A stretch of 64,000 bases of DNA from an uncultured delta proteobacterium (GCA_963775425.1 CAVZJB010000011.1:480001-544000), one strand, 5' to 3'. Numbered from the stretch's first letter, positions 1 to 9,989 are shown. Made by a program: numbers and translations. The notes: a model not told the origin generated them from the letters alone.

Positions 1-400
1 TCCGGGCGTCGCCGGGCTCGACGTCGGCGCGCGCGGGGGCGAGGTCGAAGCCGCGGCCCTTGCGGCCGAGGTCCTGGCAGACGTCGAGGGTGGTGCCGGA
101 GCCGCAGAAGGGGTCGACGACGAGGGCGCCGGGCTTGGACCACAGGGTGAGCACCTGCCAGACCACCCACGACGGCGTGGCCCCGCGGTAGCGCTGGCTG
201 CCCTGCTCGCCGGTGCCGTAGTGCTGCGACGGGTAGTCCCACAAGGTCGTCGTGGCCGGCACGAGCGGCGGCTTCTTCAGCGGCCGGAAGCGCACGTAGG
301 GGTTCTTGATGCCGGGGCTGTCGCGTGGGGGTGCGCTGCTTTGCGGTCCGGAGCGCCGACGCTCGTGTCCGTGGGCTCGCGGCGGTTTCTGTCGTTTCAC
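1..400 (-). CDS. SAM-dependent DNA methylase-like protein (N6/N4 or Trm11-like), runs off the window edge
   Basis: Not in the ORF track. Manual translation from GTG at 400 gives ...TTTLWDYPSQHYG...YRGATPSWVVWQVL...PGALVVDPFCGSGTTLDVC..., where DPFCGSGTT is SAM-binding motif I. Confidence 0.8.
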   Translation of the reverse strand, partial: MKRQKPPRAHGHERRRSGPQSSAPPRDSPGIKNPYVRFRPLKKPPLVPATTTLWDYPSQHYGTGEQGSQRYRGATPSWVVWQVLTLWSKPGALVVDPFCGSGTTLDVCQDLGRKGRGFDLAPARADVEPGDAR

Positions 401-427
401 GCGGCATCTGTATAGCGTCGCGGGAGC

Positions 428-1696
428 ATGGAGAAGCGCGAGTTTCTCGTCGTCGGCGCCGGCGTCTCCGGCCTCGCCTTCGCCAACGAGGTGCGGGACC
501 GCGTGCTGGTGCTCGAGCGCGAGGAGGAGCCCGGCGGCTGGTGCCGCACGGTGAAGCAGGACGGCTTCGTCTGGGACTACTCGGGCCACTTCTTCCACTT
601 CCGCCGCCCGGAGATCGACGCATGGCTGCGCGAGCGGATGCCCGCGAACAGCGTGCGCACCGTCGAGAAGCGCACGCGGGTGACGACGGTGGCCGGCGAC
701 GAGGTGGACTTCCCGTTCCAGACGCACCTGCACCAGCTCCCGCAGCCCGCGTTCGTCGCGTGCCTCGCCGACTGGGCCGCGGCCGCGCGGGCGCCGGGCG
801 CGGGCGCGGGGGCGCGCTCGTTCAAGGACATGCTCGAGCGCCGCTTCGGCCGCGCCGTCTGCGACAGCTTCCTCGTGCCGTACAACGAGAAGGTCTACGC
901 CACCGACCTCGACCGCCTCGACAAGGACGCCATGGGCCGCTTCTTCCCACAGGCGTCGCTCGAAGACGCGCTCGCGGCGCTCGGCGGCGCGCGGCTGGCC
1001 ACGTACAACGACACCTTCACCTACCCCAAGCGCGGCGCCGTCCAGTACGTGCGCGCGCTGATGCGCGATCTCCCCGAGGGCGCCGTCGCGCTCGGCGAGG
1101 GCGTCGAGCGCGTCGACGTCGACCGGCGCGTGGTCCACACGAAGAAGGGGCGGCAGATCGGCTACGAGCACCTGGTGGCGTCGGCGCCGCTGCCGTCGCT
1201 GTTGCGGGCGTGCGGCGTGGCTCACGACGCCGACGCGTTCACGTCGAACCAGGTGCTCGTGCTCAACCTCGGCTTCGACAGGAAGGGCCGCGACGACGTG
1301 CACTGGATCTACTTCGCGGACCCGGCGCTGTCGTTGTACCGGGTCGGCTTCTACGACAACATCCTCGGCACCGACCGCATGTCGCTCTACGTCGAGATCG
1401 GCATGCCGGCCGGCGCGGACGTCGACGTCGACGCCGCCCGCGCCCGCGCCCTCGCCGACCTCGCCCGCGCCGGCGTCGTCGACGGCCATCGCCTCGTGGC
1501 GTCGCACGCGGTGGTGATGAACCCGGCGTACGCACACATCACGCGGCGGTCGCTCCTCGAGTCCGCGCGCACGCGGGCCGCCCTCGCCGACCTCGGCGTC
1601 CACGCCGTCGGCCGCTACGGCCGTTGGACCTACTGCTCCATCGAGGACAACATCGTCGAGGCCCGCGCGCTCGCCCGCGCCCTCGCCGGTCCCTGA
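428..1696 (+). CDS. FAD-dependent oxidoreductase (protoporphyrinogen oxidase/UDP-galactopyranose mutase-like)
   Basis: N-terminal VVGAGVSGLA dinucleotide motif, PGGWCRT, DYSGHFF, C-terminal GRYGRWTY; GGAG RBS. Confidence 0.8.
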   Translation: MEKREFLVVGAGVSGLAFANEVRDRVLVLEREEEPGGWCRTVKQDGFVWDYSGHFFHFRRPEIDAWLRERMPANSVRTVEKRTRVTTVAGDEVDFPFQTHLHQLPQPAFVACLADWAAAARAPGAGAGARSFKDMLERRFGRAVCDSFLVPYNEKVYATDLDRLDKDAMGRFFPQASLEDALAALGGARLATYNDTFTYPKRGAVQYVRALMRDLPEGAVALGEGVERVDVDRRVVHTKKGRQIGYEHLVASAPLPSLLRACGVAHDADAFTSNQVLVLNLGFDRKGRDDVHWIYFADPALSLYRVGFYDNILGTDRMSLYVEIGMPAGADVDVDAARARALADLARAGVVDGHRLVASHAVVMNPAYAHITRRSLLESARTRAALADLGVHAVGRYGRWTYCSIEDNIVEARALARALAGP

Positions 1697-1741
1697 TCGA
1701 CGACCGCGGCGTTCGACCGCCGCGACGTGCTCACAGCGCGC

Positions 1742-2503
1742 ATGGGCCTCTTCGGCGGACCGCTGAAGGATCTGCGGGCGCACCGCGCGCTGGGCGACCG
1801 TCTGCGCCGCACCGGCAAGCTCGACGAAGCCGCGGCCGCGTATCGCGCCCTGATGCGCGAGCTCGCGGCCGAGGGTTTGAAGCTGCGCGCGGCGGCCGCG
1901 TGCCGGCTCGTCCTCGAGGTCTCGCCGGGCGACATCGAGGCGCGTGAGACGCTCAAGGCGCTCACCGGCGCGGCCGCCGCCGACGACATCACGCTCGAGG
2001 TGCAGCCCACGGACGTCCTCGTCGAGCACCCGAGCGCGCCGCCGCCGCTCCCCGAGGATGACGACCTGCGCCGGCTCATCGCGCGCTCGGCGCGGCTGTG
2101 TGCGGGCGTGCCGGCCGAGGTCGCGGAGGCGGTGGCGCTGGCGTTCGCGCCCGCGGTGCTCCCGGCCGGCAGCCCGCTGATGCGCGGCGGGCGGGACAGC
2201 CCCGGGCTGTACGCGATCGAGGGCGGCGAGGTCGACGTCGTCGGCAGCGACGCCCCCGGCGGCGTCCGCCCCGGCGTCGTCGGCTGCGCGACGCTCCTCG
2301 GTGAGATGAGCGCGCTGCCGGACAACCGCGCGAGCGGCGACGTGCTCGCGCGCACGCCGGTGACGGCGCTGTTCCTCGCGGCCGACGCGCTGGGCGCGCT
2401 GTCCCTCCGACACCCGCCGCTGCGCGCGCGCCTGGACAAGCTCAGCATCTGCCGCCGCGCGCTCGACGCGCGGCTGCGGCCGGACTTCCCGACGCCGCTG
2501 TGA
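1742..2503 (+). CDS. Cyclic-nucleotide-binding domain protein with N-terminal TPR-like helices
   Basis: GLYAIEGGEVDV...LLGEMSALPDNRASGDVLARTP resembles the cNMP phosphate-binding cassette. Confidence 0.7.
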   Translation: MGLFGGPLKDLRAHRALGDRLRRTGKLDEAAAAYRALMRELAAEGLKLRAAAACRLVLEVSPGDIEARETLKALTGAAAADDITLEVQPTDVLVEHPSAPPPLPEDDDLRRLIARSARLCAGVPAEVAEAVALAFAPAVLPAGSPLMRGGRDSPGLYAIEGGEVDVVGSDAPGGVRPGVVGCATLLGEMSALPDNRASGDVLARTPVTALFLAADALGALSLRHPPLRARLDKLSICRRALDARLRPDFPTPL

Positions 2504-2526
2504 CCCGCGCCGCCCGGCCGGCCCGG

Positions 2527-2542
2527 CGTTCCAGGTGGAACG
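2527..2542. promoter_or_regulatory. parS-like palindrome (or loop region of a terminator hairpin)
   Basis: CGTTCCAGGTGGAACG is one mismatch from the GTTCCACGTGGAAC parS core; it sits inside a longer inverted repeat at 2521-2548. Confidence 0.35.
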
Positions 2543-2643
2543 TCGGGCCGCGGCGGCGGCGCTGTGCCGGCGCGTCCGGGCGCGACGCGACGCCTGGCGC
2601 GGCGCGTGCGAACCGGCGGGCACACCCCAACGAGGAGCCCGCC

Positions 2644-3129
2644 ATGACCACCACTACCGCCACCGCCCACCTCTCCGCCAAGCCGTCGCTCTTTGCGCCC
2701 GCGCGCCTCCGCCGCGCCGCGCGCGCCGCCGCGGCGCTCGTGCTCGCGTTCCACGGCGCGAGCTGGGCCGTGGCCGGCTTCGTGATGAGCGGCTTCGCGC
2801 TCGCGGCGGCGTTTTCGCCGAGCGCGCTGAGCTTCACGGGCCTCCCCTCCGGCTGGGCGCTCGCGCTCCTCGCGGGCGCCGCGCTGTTCATGCAGGCCGA
2901 GGCCGCGCTGCACGCGCTCGCCGCCGTGCGCATCGGCCGGCCCGGCTGCCTGCGCGTCGTCCTCATGGCGCTCGCGCTGCCCGCGGTGCTCGTCGTCACC
3001 CCGCTGTGCATCGCGTGCGCGCACGGCAAGGGAGCCGAGGCCGCCGTCGGTCTGCTGCCGGGCGTGGCCGCCGTCGCCTTCGTCGCCTGGGTGGCGGCGC
3101 GGTGCTCGCGCGGGGGCCGCCCCTCGTAG
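2644..3129 (+). CDS. Hypothetical multi-pass membrane protein
   Basis: GAGGAG RBS before ATG 2644; about 4 hydrophobic segments. Confidence 0.6.
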   Translation: MTTTTATAHLSAKPSLFAPARLRRAARAAAALVLAFHGASWAVAGFVMSGFALAAAFSPSALSFTGLPSGWALALLAGAALFMQAEAALHALAAVRIGRPGCLRVVLMALALPAVLVVTPLCIACAHGKGAEAAVGLLPGVAAVAFVAWVAARCSRGGRPS

Positions 3130-3154
3130 CAGCGCTCCCCGGCGCGCCGTCGTC

Positions 3155-3182
3155 GAAGCGCCCGGCAAACGCCGGGCGCTTC
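3155..3182. terminator. Hairpin terminator between convergent genes
   Basis: Perfect 12-bp stem GAAGCGCCCGGC-AAAC-GCCGGGCGCTTC. Confidence 0.7.
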
Positions 3183-3188
3183 TGCGTG

Positions 3189-4538
3189 TCACGCGTCGCC
3201 GGGATCGGGGCCGGCGAGCTCGCGCACGTGCTTGTCGCGCGGCACCAGGAGCGCGAACAGGCCCCAGGTCACGAGCACGATGCCCGCGTACACGGCGGCG
3301 AGGCCCGGGTTGAACCAGATCATGGCGGCGAGGCACACGACGGCGAGGACGAGCGCGACGCCCGGCACCACGGGGTACAGCGGCGTGCGGTACGGCCGCT
3401 CGAGCGCGGGCTCCTTGCGGCGGAGCTGGAACAGCGAGAGCATCGAGAGCACGTAGAGCGTCAAGGCGCCGAACACGGAGAGGGTGATGATGTCGCCGGT
3501 GTGCCCGGTGAACAGCGCGATGCATCCGACGGCCATGTTGGCGAGGAGCGCGGCCACCGGGGTCTTGCGCGAGGCGTGCACCTCGCCGAGCACGCGTGGG
3601 GCGTAGCCGACGCGCCCGTACTCGAGGATGGCGCGGCTGGCGGCGATGAGGATGCCGTGGAAGCTGGCGACGAGGCCGAGGAGGCCGACGCCGGTGAGCA
3701 CCGCGAACAGCGGGTGGCTGCGGTCGACGACGTGGCTGATGGCGAGCGGCAGCGGGGAGTCGTCGGTGACGGTGGCGCCGGGGTCGGCGTACACGACGCT
3801 CCTCCAGCCGTCGACGCCGACGGCGCCGAACAGGACGATGACCGTGAGCACGACGAGCGTGGCGATGGCCGAGAGGAACCCGCGCGGCAAATCCTTCTGC
3901 GGCGCGCGCGCCTCCTCGGCCACGTTCGCGACGCCCTCGATGGCCAGGTAGAACCAGATGGCGAACGGCAGCGCGGCGAAGGCGCCGCCCCAGCCGTGGG
4001 GCAGCGGATCCTTCGAAAACGCCGCCCACGAGAAGTGCGGGAGCGTGACGCCGCCGAAGACCAGGAGCTCGACGACGGCGAGCACCGTGACGACGAGCTC
4101 GAAGCTCGCCGACAGCTTCACGCCCCAGATGTTCACCAGCGTGAACACGAAGTAGGCGCCGACGGCGACGCCGAGGATGGGCACCGTCGGGAAGAGCTTG
4201 TTGATGTAGCTGCCGATGGCGAAGGCGATGGCCGGCGGCGCGAACACATACTCGACGAGCTGGGCGACGCCGGCGAGGAAGCCGGTGTGGGGGCCGAACG
4301 CCCGCGTGGCGTAGACGAAGGCCCCGCCCGCGCGGGGCAGGGCGCAGGACAGCTCCGCGTAGCCGAGGACGAAGCAGACGTACAGGAGCGTGACGGCGAC
4401 GGTGGCGACGAGCAGCCCGTAGGGGCCGCCCTCGGGGAGGCCGAGGTTCCACCCGAAGTACGCGCCGGAGATGACGTAGCCGACGCCGAGGCCCCAGATC
4501 ATCACCGGACCCAGGGTCCGTTCGAGCTTGTGTGCCAT
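3189..4538 (-). CDS. eat: Ethanolamine permease (APC family amino acid/amine transporter)
   Basis: LERTLGPVMIWGLGVGYVISGAYFGWNLGL, ALPFAIWFYLAIEGVANVAEEA and ASFHGIL are typical of the Eat family; about 12 TM segments. Confidence 0.85.
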   Translation of the reverse strand: MAHKLERTLGPVMIWGLGVGYVISGAYFGWNLGLPEGGPYGLLVATVAVTLLYVCFVLGYAELSCALPRAGGAFVYATRAFGPHTGFLAGVAQLVEYVFAPPAIAFAIGSYINKLFPTVPILGVAVGAYFVFTLVNIWGVKLSASFELVVTVLAVVELLVFGGVTLPHFSWAAFSKDPLPHGWGGAFAALPFAIWFYLAIEGVANVAEEARAPQKDLPRGFLSAIATLVVLTVIVLFGAVGVDGWRSVVYADPGATVTDDSPLPLAISHVVDRSHPLFAVLTGVGLLGLVASFHGILIAASRAILEYGRVGYAPRVLGEVHASRKTPVAALLANMAVGCIALFTGHTGDIITLSVFGALTLYVLSMLSLFQLRRKEPALERPYRTPLYPVVPGVALVLAVVCLAAMIWFNPGLAAVYAGIVLVTWGLFALLVPRDKHVRELAGPDPGDA

Positions 4539-4613
4539 GCGTCGCCGACCCTAGCGCGGCCTGCCCGCGGCCGCGGCCGTTGGCAGCCTCGTCCCCGCCG
4601 GGTACGAACAGGG

Positions 4614-6080
4614 ATGCTCAAGCTCTCCGGCCTTTCGCTCGCGCTCGCGTCGGTCGTCCTCGTCGTGGTCGCCGGCTGCCCGGGCCGCGACCCGACGACG
4701 GCGGAGGGCGAGGGCGAGGGCGAAGGCGAGGGCGACCTGCCGGCGGCGTGCGCGCTCGACACCAACCGCCCCGTCGCCGCCGCGCCGGGCAGCATCTACT
4801 TCGGTACCCGCACGCCCACGCTGGTGCCCCTCGACGCAGCCCAGCAAAACGCGGTGGTCGCCATCAGCGACACCGTCACCGACGGCGCGTTCTGCTCGGG
4901 CACCCTCATCAGCGACGACGTCGTCATGACCGCCGTTCACTGCACCGTCGACGACAGCGCGGTGAGCCTGCGGGTGCTGTTCGGCGCGGACGACCTGCAC
5001 CCCATCCTCACGCTCAACGTCCTCGAAAAGCACGAGACCGACGCCGACACCGACGTCTCCATCCTGACGCTCGAGCACGCCCCGGCCGACGACATCCCCG
5101 TGACGCCCATCCCCATCGCCGTGGACCCGCCCCAAAACGACGACGTCGGCGTGCTCGTCGAAAACGCCGGCTTCGGCGAGAACGAGGACGGCGGGTTCGC
5201 GGGGCGGTTCTTCGTCACCGAGCTGCTCGACGGCTTCGACCGCGCGTTCATCCAGGTGAACGGCGAAGGCCAGCGCGGCGTCTGCTTCGGCGACTCGGGC
5301 GGGCCGAGCTTCAGGGTCACCGCCGCCGGGGACGTGCGCGTCCTCGGGGCGCTGTCGTTCGGCGACGCCGAGTGCACGTTCGTCGACAACTACGCCCGCG
5401 CCGACGCCATCCGCTCGTTCATCGAGGACGTCACCGGGCCCACGCCCGTCGCCGCGTCGCAGGCGTGCCCGGCGGACGTCACGGCGGAGGGATCGTGCGA
5501 CGTGCACCAGGGCATCGCCACGTATTGCGAGGCGGGCGTCGTCGTCCATGACGCGTGCGGCGTCGGCGACATCTGCGGCGCGGACGCGTCGGGCAACAAG
5601 CGGTGCGTCCCCATCGCGGACAACGCGTGCGGCGCCGTCAGCGGCTACGGCACCTGCGACGGCCAGACGCTCACCTGGTGCGACGGCGGCGCGGTGAAGG
5701 AGCGCGACTGCGAGGCGTGCGGCGAGCGGTGCGCGCTGTTGTCGCCGGACGAGGGCTTCAGTTGCGTTCCCTCCGACTGCGGGGACCTCGATCGCCTCGG
5801 CGAGTGCGACGGCGCGGTGTCGAAGTGGTGCGACGCGCTCGGCCAGGTGGTGACCGAGGACTGCGGCGCCGAGGGGACCACGTGCGAATTCCTCGGCGAC
5901 GTCCTCGGCAACTACTGCCTCGACCAGGACGCCTGCCAGGGCTTCGACTACCAGGGCGCCTGCGACGGCACCGTGCTCACGTGGTGCGAGGACAACGCGC
6001 TCAACACCGTCGACTGCGCCGACACCGGCGGCACGTGCATCCACGTGGACGACGCGACCGGCTTCGACTGCTCGCAGTGA
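4614..6080 (+). CDS. Secreted/lipoprotein trypsin-like (S1) serine protease with Cys-rich C-terminal repeats
   Basis: Signal ending VVAGC, (EG)5 linker, CSGTLISDDVVMTAVHC (His), DVSIL (Asp), GVCFGDSGGP (Ser); about 4 GxCxG..LxWC repeats. Confidence 0.9.
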   Translation: MLKLSGLSLALASVVLVVVAGCPGRDPTTAEGEGEGEGEGDLPAACALDTNRPVAAAPGSIYFGTRTPTLVPLDAAQQNAVVAISDTVTDGAFCSGTLISDDVVMTAVHCTVDDSAVSLRVLFGADDLHPILTLNVLEKHETDADTDVSILTLEHAPADDIPVTPIPIAVDPPQNDDVGVLVENAGFGENEDGGFAGRFFVTELLDGFDRAFIQVNGEGQRGVCFGDSGGPSFRVTAAGDVRVLGALSFGDAECTFVDNYARADAIRSFIEDVTGPTPVAASQACPADVTAEGSCDVHQGIATYCEAGVVVHDACGVGDICGADASGNKRCVPIADNACGAVSGYGTCDGQTLTWCDGGAVKERDCEACGERCALLSPDEGFSCVPSDCGDLDRLGECDGAVSKWCDALGQVVTEDCGAEGTTCEFLGDVLGNYCLDQDACQGFDYQGACDGTVLTWCEDNALNTVDCADTGGTCIHVDDATGFDCSQ

Positions 6081-6184
6081 CACCGCGGCGCGGCGGGCGG
6101 TGGGGCGGCGGCCAAAAATTTGGAGCGTGATCGGGCTGCGCCTACCTTGGAGCCGGCCGGAGCAAGCCGGCCCAAGGAGGCTCC

Positions 6185-6301
6185 ATGCTGCCGATTCATG
6201 CCCCCGCTCGCGCCGCCGCCGCGTCCGCCGCGTCCGCCCTCGTCGGTGAGCGCGCCCCTCGAGAGACCGCCGTCGCCGTCGCCGGCGAGAGGCTCGCTTG
6301 A
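6185..6301 (+). CDS. Putative 38-aa small ORF (MLPIHAPARAAAASAASALVGERAPRETAVAVAGERLA)
   Basis: Perfect AAGGAGG SD just upstream of ATG 6185; its TGA overlaps the TTG start of the next gene. Confidence 0.35.
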   Translation: MLPIHAPARAAAASAASALVGERAPRETAVAVAGERLA

Positions 6302-6750
6302 GGGCCACGCCCCGCCGCGCCCGGCGCGCCCCCCCTCCGGCGGCGCGCACCGCGCTGTCCGCGCTCGTGGTCGTCGCCGCGCTGGGCTCGGGGTGCGCGG
6401 CGGGGATCGGCGAGGTGCCGTTCGACGCACCGCCGCCGCCGCCGCTGTCCATCGCCGGGCCGGGGGAGGGGCTCGCCTACACGGCCGCCGACGACGAGGA
6501 CCCCGAGGCGCCGGGCATCCAGATCACGGTGCGCGTCGACGTCGACGACGAGGGCATCCAGCGGGTGGGCTTTTCGTTGCCCCGCGAGGGCCTCGCGCTC
6601 GATGACGTCGTCAGCGAGGATCTCGCCGGCCGCCGCGCGGCGTTCTTCCCCGTGACCCTCGACGCGGCCGCGGAGCACCCGGCGGTGGCGCGCGCGCCCG
6701 GCGTGGAGGTGCGAGCCGTCCTCGTCGCGGCCGTCGACGGCGCGCAGTAA
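6298..6750 (+). CDS. Hypothetical lipoprotein (single Ig-like domain)
   Basis: Arg-rich n-region, hydrophobic h-region, LGSGC lipobox; beta-rich body. Confidence 0.6.
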   Translation: MRATPRRARRAPPPAARTALSALVVVAALGSGCAAGIGEVPFDAPPPPPLSIAGPGEGLAYTAADDEDPEAPGIQITVRVDVDDEGIQRVGFSLPREGLALDDVVSEDLAGRRAAFFPVTLDAAAEHPAVARAPGVEVRAVLVAAVDGAQ

Positions 6751-6764
6751 GCTCCCCGAGGATC

Positions 6765-9700
6765 ATGGCCCTGCTCGCCGTCCTCGCGATCGCCTTCGCG
6801 CCCGGCCTCGCCGGCGCGCCCGCGGGGGAGGCGCCCGGCGACCCGTCGCGCTCGATCGGCGCGCCCGCTCCCGGGGGTCGCCGGATCACCGCCGTCGTCG
6901 TCGAGGGCGCCCGCGACGCCGCCGCCCAGCAGGCCGCGCGCGACGTCTTCGGCATGAAAGCCGGCGACACCCTCGACGCCGGCCGCGTGCGCCTCGGCAT
7001 CAAGCGCGTGTTCCTCACCGGCCCGTGGGCGGACGTCGAGGTCAGCGTCGCGCGCGCGGCCCCCGGCCCCGGGGTCGTGGTCTTCGTCAAGCTCGTGCCC
7101 GACGTCCTCATCGCCGACGTCTCCATCCAGGCCCCGTCGAGGCTGCCCCGTGAGCGCCTGCGCGACGCGGCCGCCATCGACGTCGGCGAGCGCTTCCGCC
7201 CCGAGCGCGTCGACGAGGCCGCCGCCCGCATCCGCATCGCCATGGCGGACCTCGGGTATCCGCGGGCCGAGGTGAAGGTCGACGTCGACGACTCCGGCGA
7301 CTACGCCCGCCGGCTGCGCTTCGTGGTCGATCCCGGGGAGCCCGTGCGCCTGCGCAAGCTCGTCGTCGACGGCGACCCGGCGTTGTCGCGAAGGGACGTC
7401 GAGGCGTTGCTCGGGGTCACCGAGGGCGAGCCCTTCGACCGGCCGCGGCTCGAGGTGGGCCTCGAGCGCATCAAGGCGCTCCTCATGCGGCGCCGCCACC
7501 TGGGCGCCAAGGTCGGCGTGGTGCGCGTGACGCACGACGCCGGGCACCTCGGGGAGGGCGCCGAGGTCGTCGTCAGCATCGACGCCGGGCCGCGGTATCG
7601 CCTGCGCTACGTCGGCAACCACGCGCTGTCGGACGCCGCCCTGCGCGCCGTCCTCGACGAGGGAAAGATCGAGAGCATCGACGCCCTCGGCGTCGCGCGC
7701 GCCAGGAGCGCCATCGAGCAGCGCTATCGTGAAAACGGCTATGCGCGCGTGTCCGTCAAGGTCGACGACGTCCCTGCGCAGCGCCCGTACGACAGGGACG
7801 CCGAGCGCGAGCTGCGCTTCGTCATCGACGAGGGCCCGCGCGCCGAGGTCACCGACGTGCTCATCGAGGGTGCCAAGGCGCGAAAGAGCCAGGAGCTCGA
7901 GGACGAGGTCTGGAAGTCCGTCAACGCCGACGCGCCGGACCCGGGGCTCCTGCAACCGGTGGACCCCGGCGACGTCGACGACCTCCTGTCGCGGCCCACG
8001 GGCAAGGAGCGCAGCGCGGCCGGCCCGCGCCCGTTCGAGGTCAGCGACGAGTACCTCGAGCTGCTGCCGCGGCCGCTCATCGGCAGAAAGCCCGTGTACA
8101 TCGAGAGCGCCTTCGTGGAGGCCGGCCGCCGCATCGCCGACATCTACAGGAGCGACGGCTTCCTCGACGTCAGCGTCAAGGGCCCCTTCGCCGACTTCTC
8201 CGAAGACGGCAGGAAGATCAAGGTGCGCTACACCATCCGCGAGGGGCCGCGGGTCACGGTGAGCGCCGTCCGCTTCGTCGACGCGCGGCCGTGCGCGGCC
8301 AACGCGAGCTGCGCGCAGAACATCTCGTTTTCGGAGCTGCTCGACCAGGTGACCCTGGCGCCGGGGCAGGCGGCGAGCTTCGCGGCGGTGGCGGAGTCGC
8401 GCGGCACGCTCGAGAGGAACCTGCAGGACAAGGGTTACCCCTTCGCGCGCGTGACCGAGGGGCTCGAGCGGGTGAAGGCGCGCGCCGACGAGGTCGACGT
8501 CGTCTACACGGTGAACCCGGGGCCGCGGGTGGCCATCGGCAAGGTGCGCACGCGCGGAAACCGCGTCACGCGCGACATGGTCATCCTCGACCGGGTCACG
8601 CTCAAGCCCAACGACCTCTACTCCGCCAGCGAGGTGGAGCGCTCGCGCGAGCGGCTGGCCCGCATGGGCCTGTTCTCGTCGGTGTCCATCGAGCTCCTCG
8701 ACGACGACCCCACCGCCCCCGTGCGCGACCTCCTCGTGGTGGTCAAGGAGCGCCCCCAGTTCGCGGTGGAGGTCGGCGCAGGCGCGTCCGTGGAGGACGG
8801 CCCGCGCGCGTTCCTCGCCGGCGAGGTGCGCAACATCTTCGGCCTCGGCGTCGGCGTGCGCGGCCGAGGCCAGCTCAACTACCCGCGCGCCTTCTACGAC
8901 TTCCTGTACGACCCCGAGGACCCGAACAACCCGCTGTTGCGCTTCCCCACCACGGGCGACTTCCTCGTCGACTGGGGCCAGTTCTTCGAGGGGCAGGCGG
9001 TGCTCACAGGCGAGCTCCCCAAGGTCTACGGCGTGCCTTTCGACACGCGCTTGCACGTCGACACGGCCGCGCTTCGTCAGATCCGGCCGGCCTTCACCCT
9101 GAACCGCGCGTCCGTCCTCGGCGGCTTCGACATGCAGCCGTTTTCGTGGCTCCAGGTGGGCCCGCAGATCGAGGGCGAGTACTCGGACTTCGACTGCCCG
9201 AAGGACCTGAACCTCGGCCAGAGCTGCGGCGAGGGCACCGCCGGCATCACCCGCCGCCTCGACGCCGGCTTCATCCGCCAGACCACCTACCGCATCACCG
9301 GCGCCGTCGACCTGCGCGACAACCCCGTGCGCCCGCGTTCAGGGGTGTGGTTCTCGGGGACCACCGACGTGGCGCTCGGCTCGGGCCGGCTGCGCGAAAA
9401 CGGGAACGCCACCCAGGCCGCGGACGTGAACAGCGACTTCGTCAAGCTCACCGGCGCCGCCGCCGGCTACGTGCCGCTGTCGCCGACGTTCATCTGGGCG
9501 GTGTCCGGGCGCGTGGGCAACATCTTCCCCCTCGACCAGCAGGAGTACGTGCCGCTGTTCAAGCGCTTCTACCTGGGCGGCACCAACTCCATCCGCGGCT
9601 TCCGCGAAGACGAGATCCTCCCCGCCGACAACTGCGCCTTCCCCGCCACGTCGCAGGTCCCGCTCACCGCCGTGCCCACGGGCTGCACGGCCACCAGCCA

Positions 9701-9989
9701 GAGCCTCGGCGGCAACTTCGTCATGAGCCTCCGCAGCGAGATCCGCGTGACGGTGGTCGGCGATCTCGAGATGGGCACGTTCGTCGACGTGGGCCAGCTC
9801 GTCGAGGACGTGGCGGACGTCGCGCCCACGGGCTTCGCGGCCGGCGCGGGCGTCGGCGTGCGCTACAACACCCCCGTCGGGCCGTTCGCCATCGACCTCG
9901 GCTGGAAGGTGATCGACGGCCGCCGCCGCCTCCCCTCCCTGTCGTCTCTGGACCGGCTCAACCTCCATCTGTCGATCGGCTACTTCTGA
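6765..9989 (+). CDS. Omp85 family (BamA/TamA-like) outer membrane protein with multiple POTRA domains
   Basis: Repeated POTRA motifs (YRENGYARVSV, LQDKGYPFARV, LARMGLFSSVSI), FYLGGTNSIRGF barrel motif, TPVGPFAIDLG, terminal HLSIGYF. Confidence 0.92.
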   Translation: MALLAVLAIAFAPGLAGAPAGEAPGDPSRSIGAPAPGGRRITAVVVEGARDAAAQQAARDVFGMKAGDTLDAGRVRLGIKRVFLTGPWADVEVSVARAAPGPGVVVFVKLVPDVLIADVSIQAPSRLPRERLRDAAAIDVGERFRPERVDEAAARIRIAMADLGYPRAEVKVDVDDSGDYARRLRFVVDPGEPVRLRKLVVDGDPALSRRDVEALLGVTEGEPFDRPRLEVGLERIKALLMRRRHLGAKVGVVRVTHDAGHLGEGAEVVVSIDAGPRYRLRYVGNHALSDAALRAVLDEGKIESIDALGVARARSAIEQRYRENGYARVSVKVDDVPAQRPYDRDAERELRFVIDEGPRAEVTDVLIEGAKARKSQELEDEVWKSVNADAPDPGLLQPVDPGDVDDLLSRPTGKERSAAGPRPFEVSDEYLELLPRPLIGRKPVYIESAFVEAGRRIADIYRSDGFLDVSVKGPFADFSEDGRKIKVRYTIREGPRVTVSAVRFVDARPCAANASCAQNISFSELLDQVTLAPGQAASFAAVAESRGTLERNLQDKGYPFARVTEGLERVKARADEVDVVYTVNPGPRVAIGKVRTRGNRVTRDMVILDRVTLKPNDLYSASEVERSRERLARMGLFSSVSIELLDDDPTAPVRDLLVVVKERPQFAVEVGAGASVEDGPRAFLAGEVRNIFGLGVGVRGRGQLNYPRAFYDFLYDPEDPNNPLLRFPTTGDFLVDWGQFFEGQAVLTGELPKVYGVPFDTRLHVDTAALRQIRPAFTLNRASVLGGFDMQPFSWLQVGPQIEGEYSDFDCPKDLNLGQSCGEGTAGITRRLDAGFIRQTTYRITGAVDLRDNPVRPRSGVWFSGTTDVALGSGRLRENGNATQAADVNSDFVKLTGAAAGYVPLSPTFIWAVSGRVGNIFPLDQQEYVPLFKRFYLGGTNSIRGFREDEILPADNCAFPATSQVPLTAVPTGCTATSQSLGGNFVMSLRSEIRVTVVGDLEMGTFVDVGQLVEDVADVAPTGFAAGAGVGVRYNTPVGPFAIDLGWKVIDGRRRLPSLSSLDRLNLHLSIGYF

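Noticed and set aside
1-400. Methylase as part of a restriction-modification or defence island
   Set aside because: Only the N-terminal part is visible, with no nuclease or mobile-element context in the window
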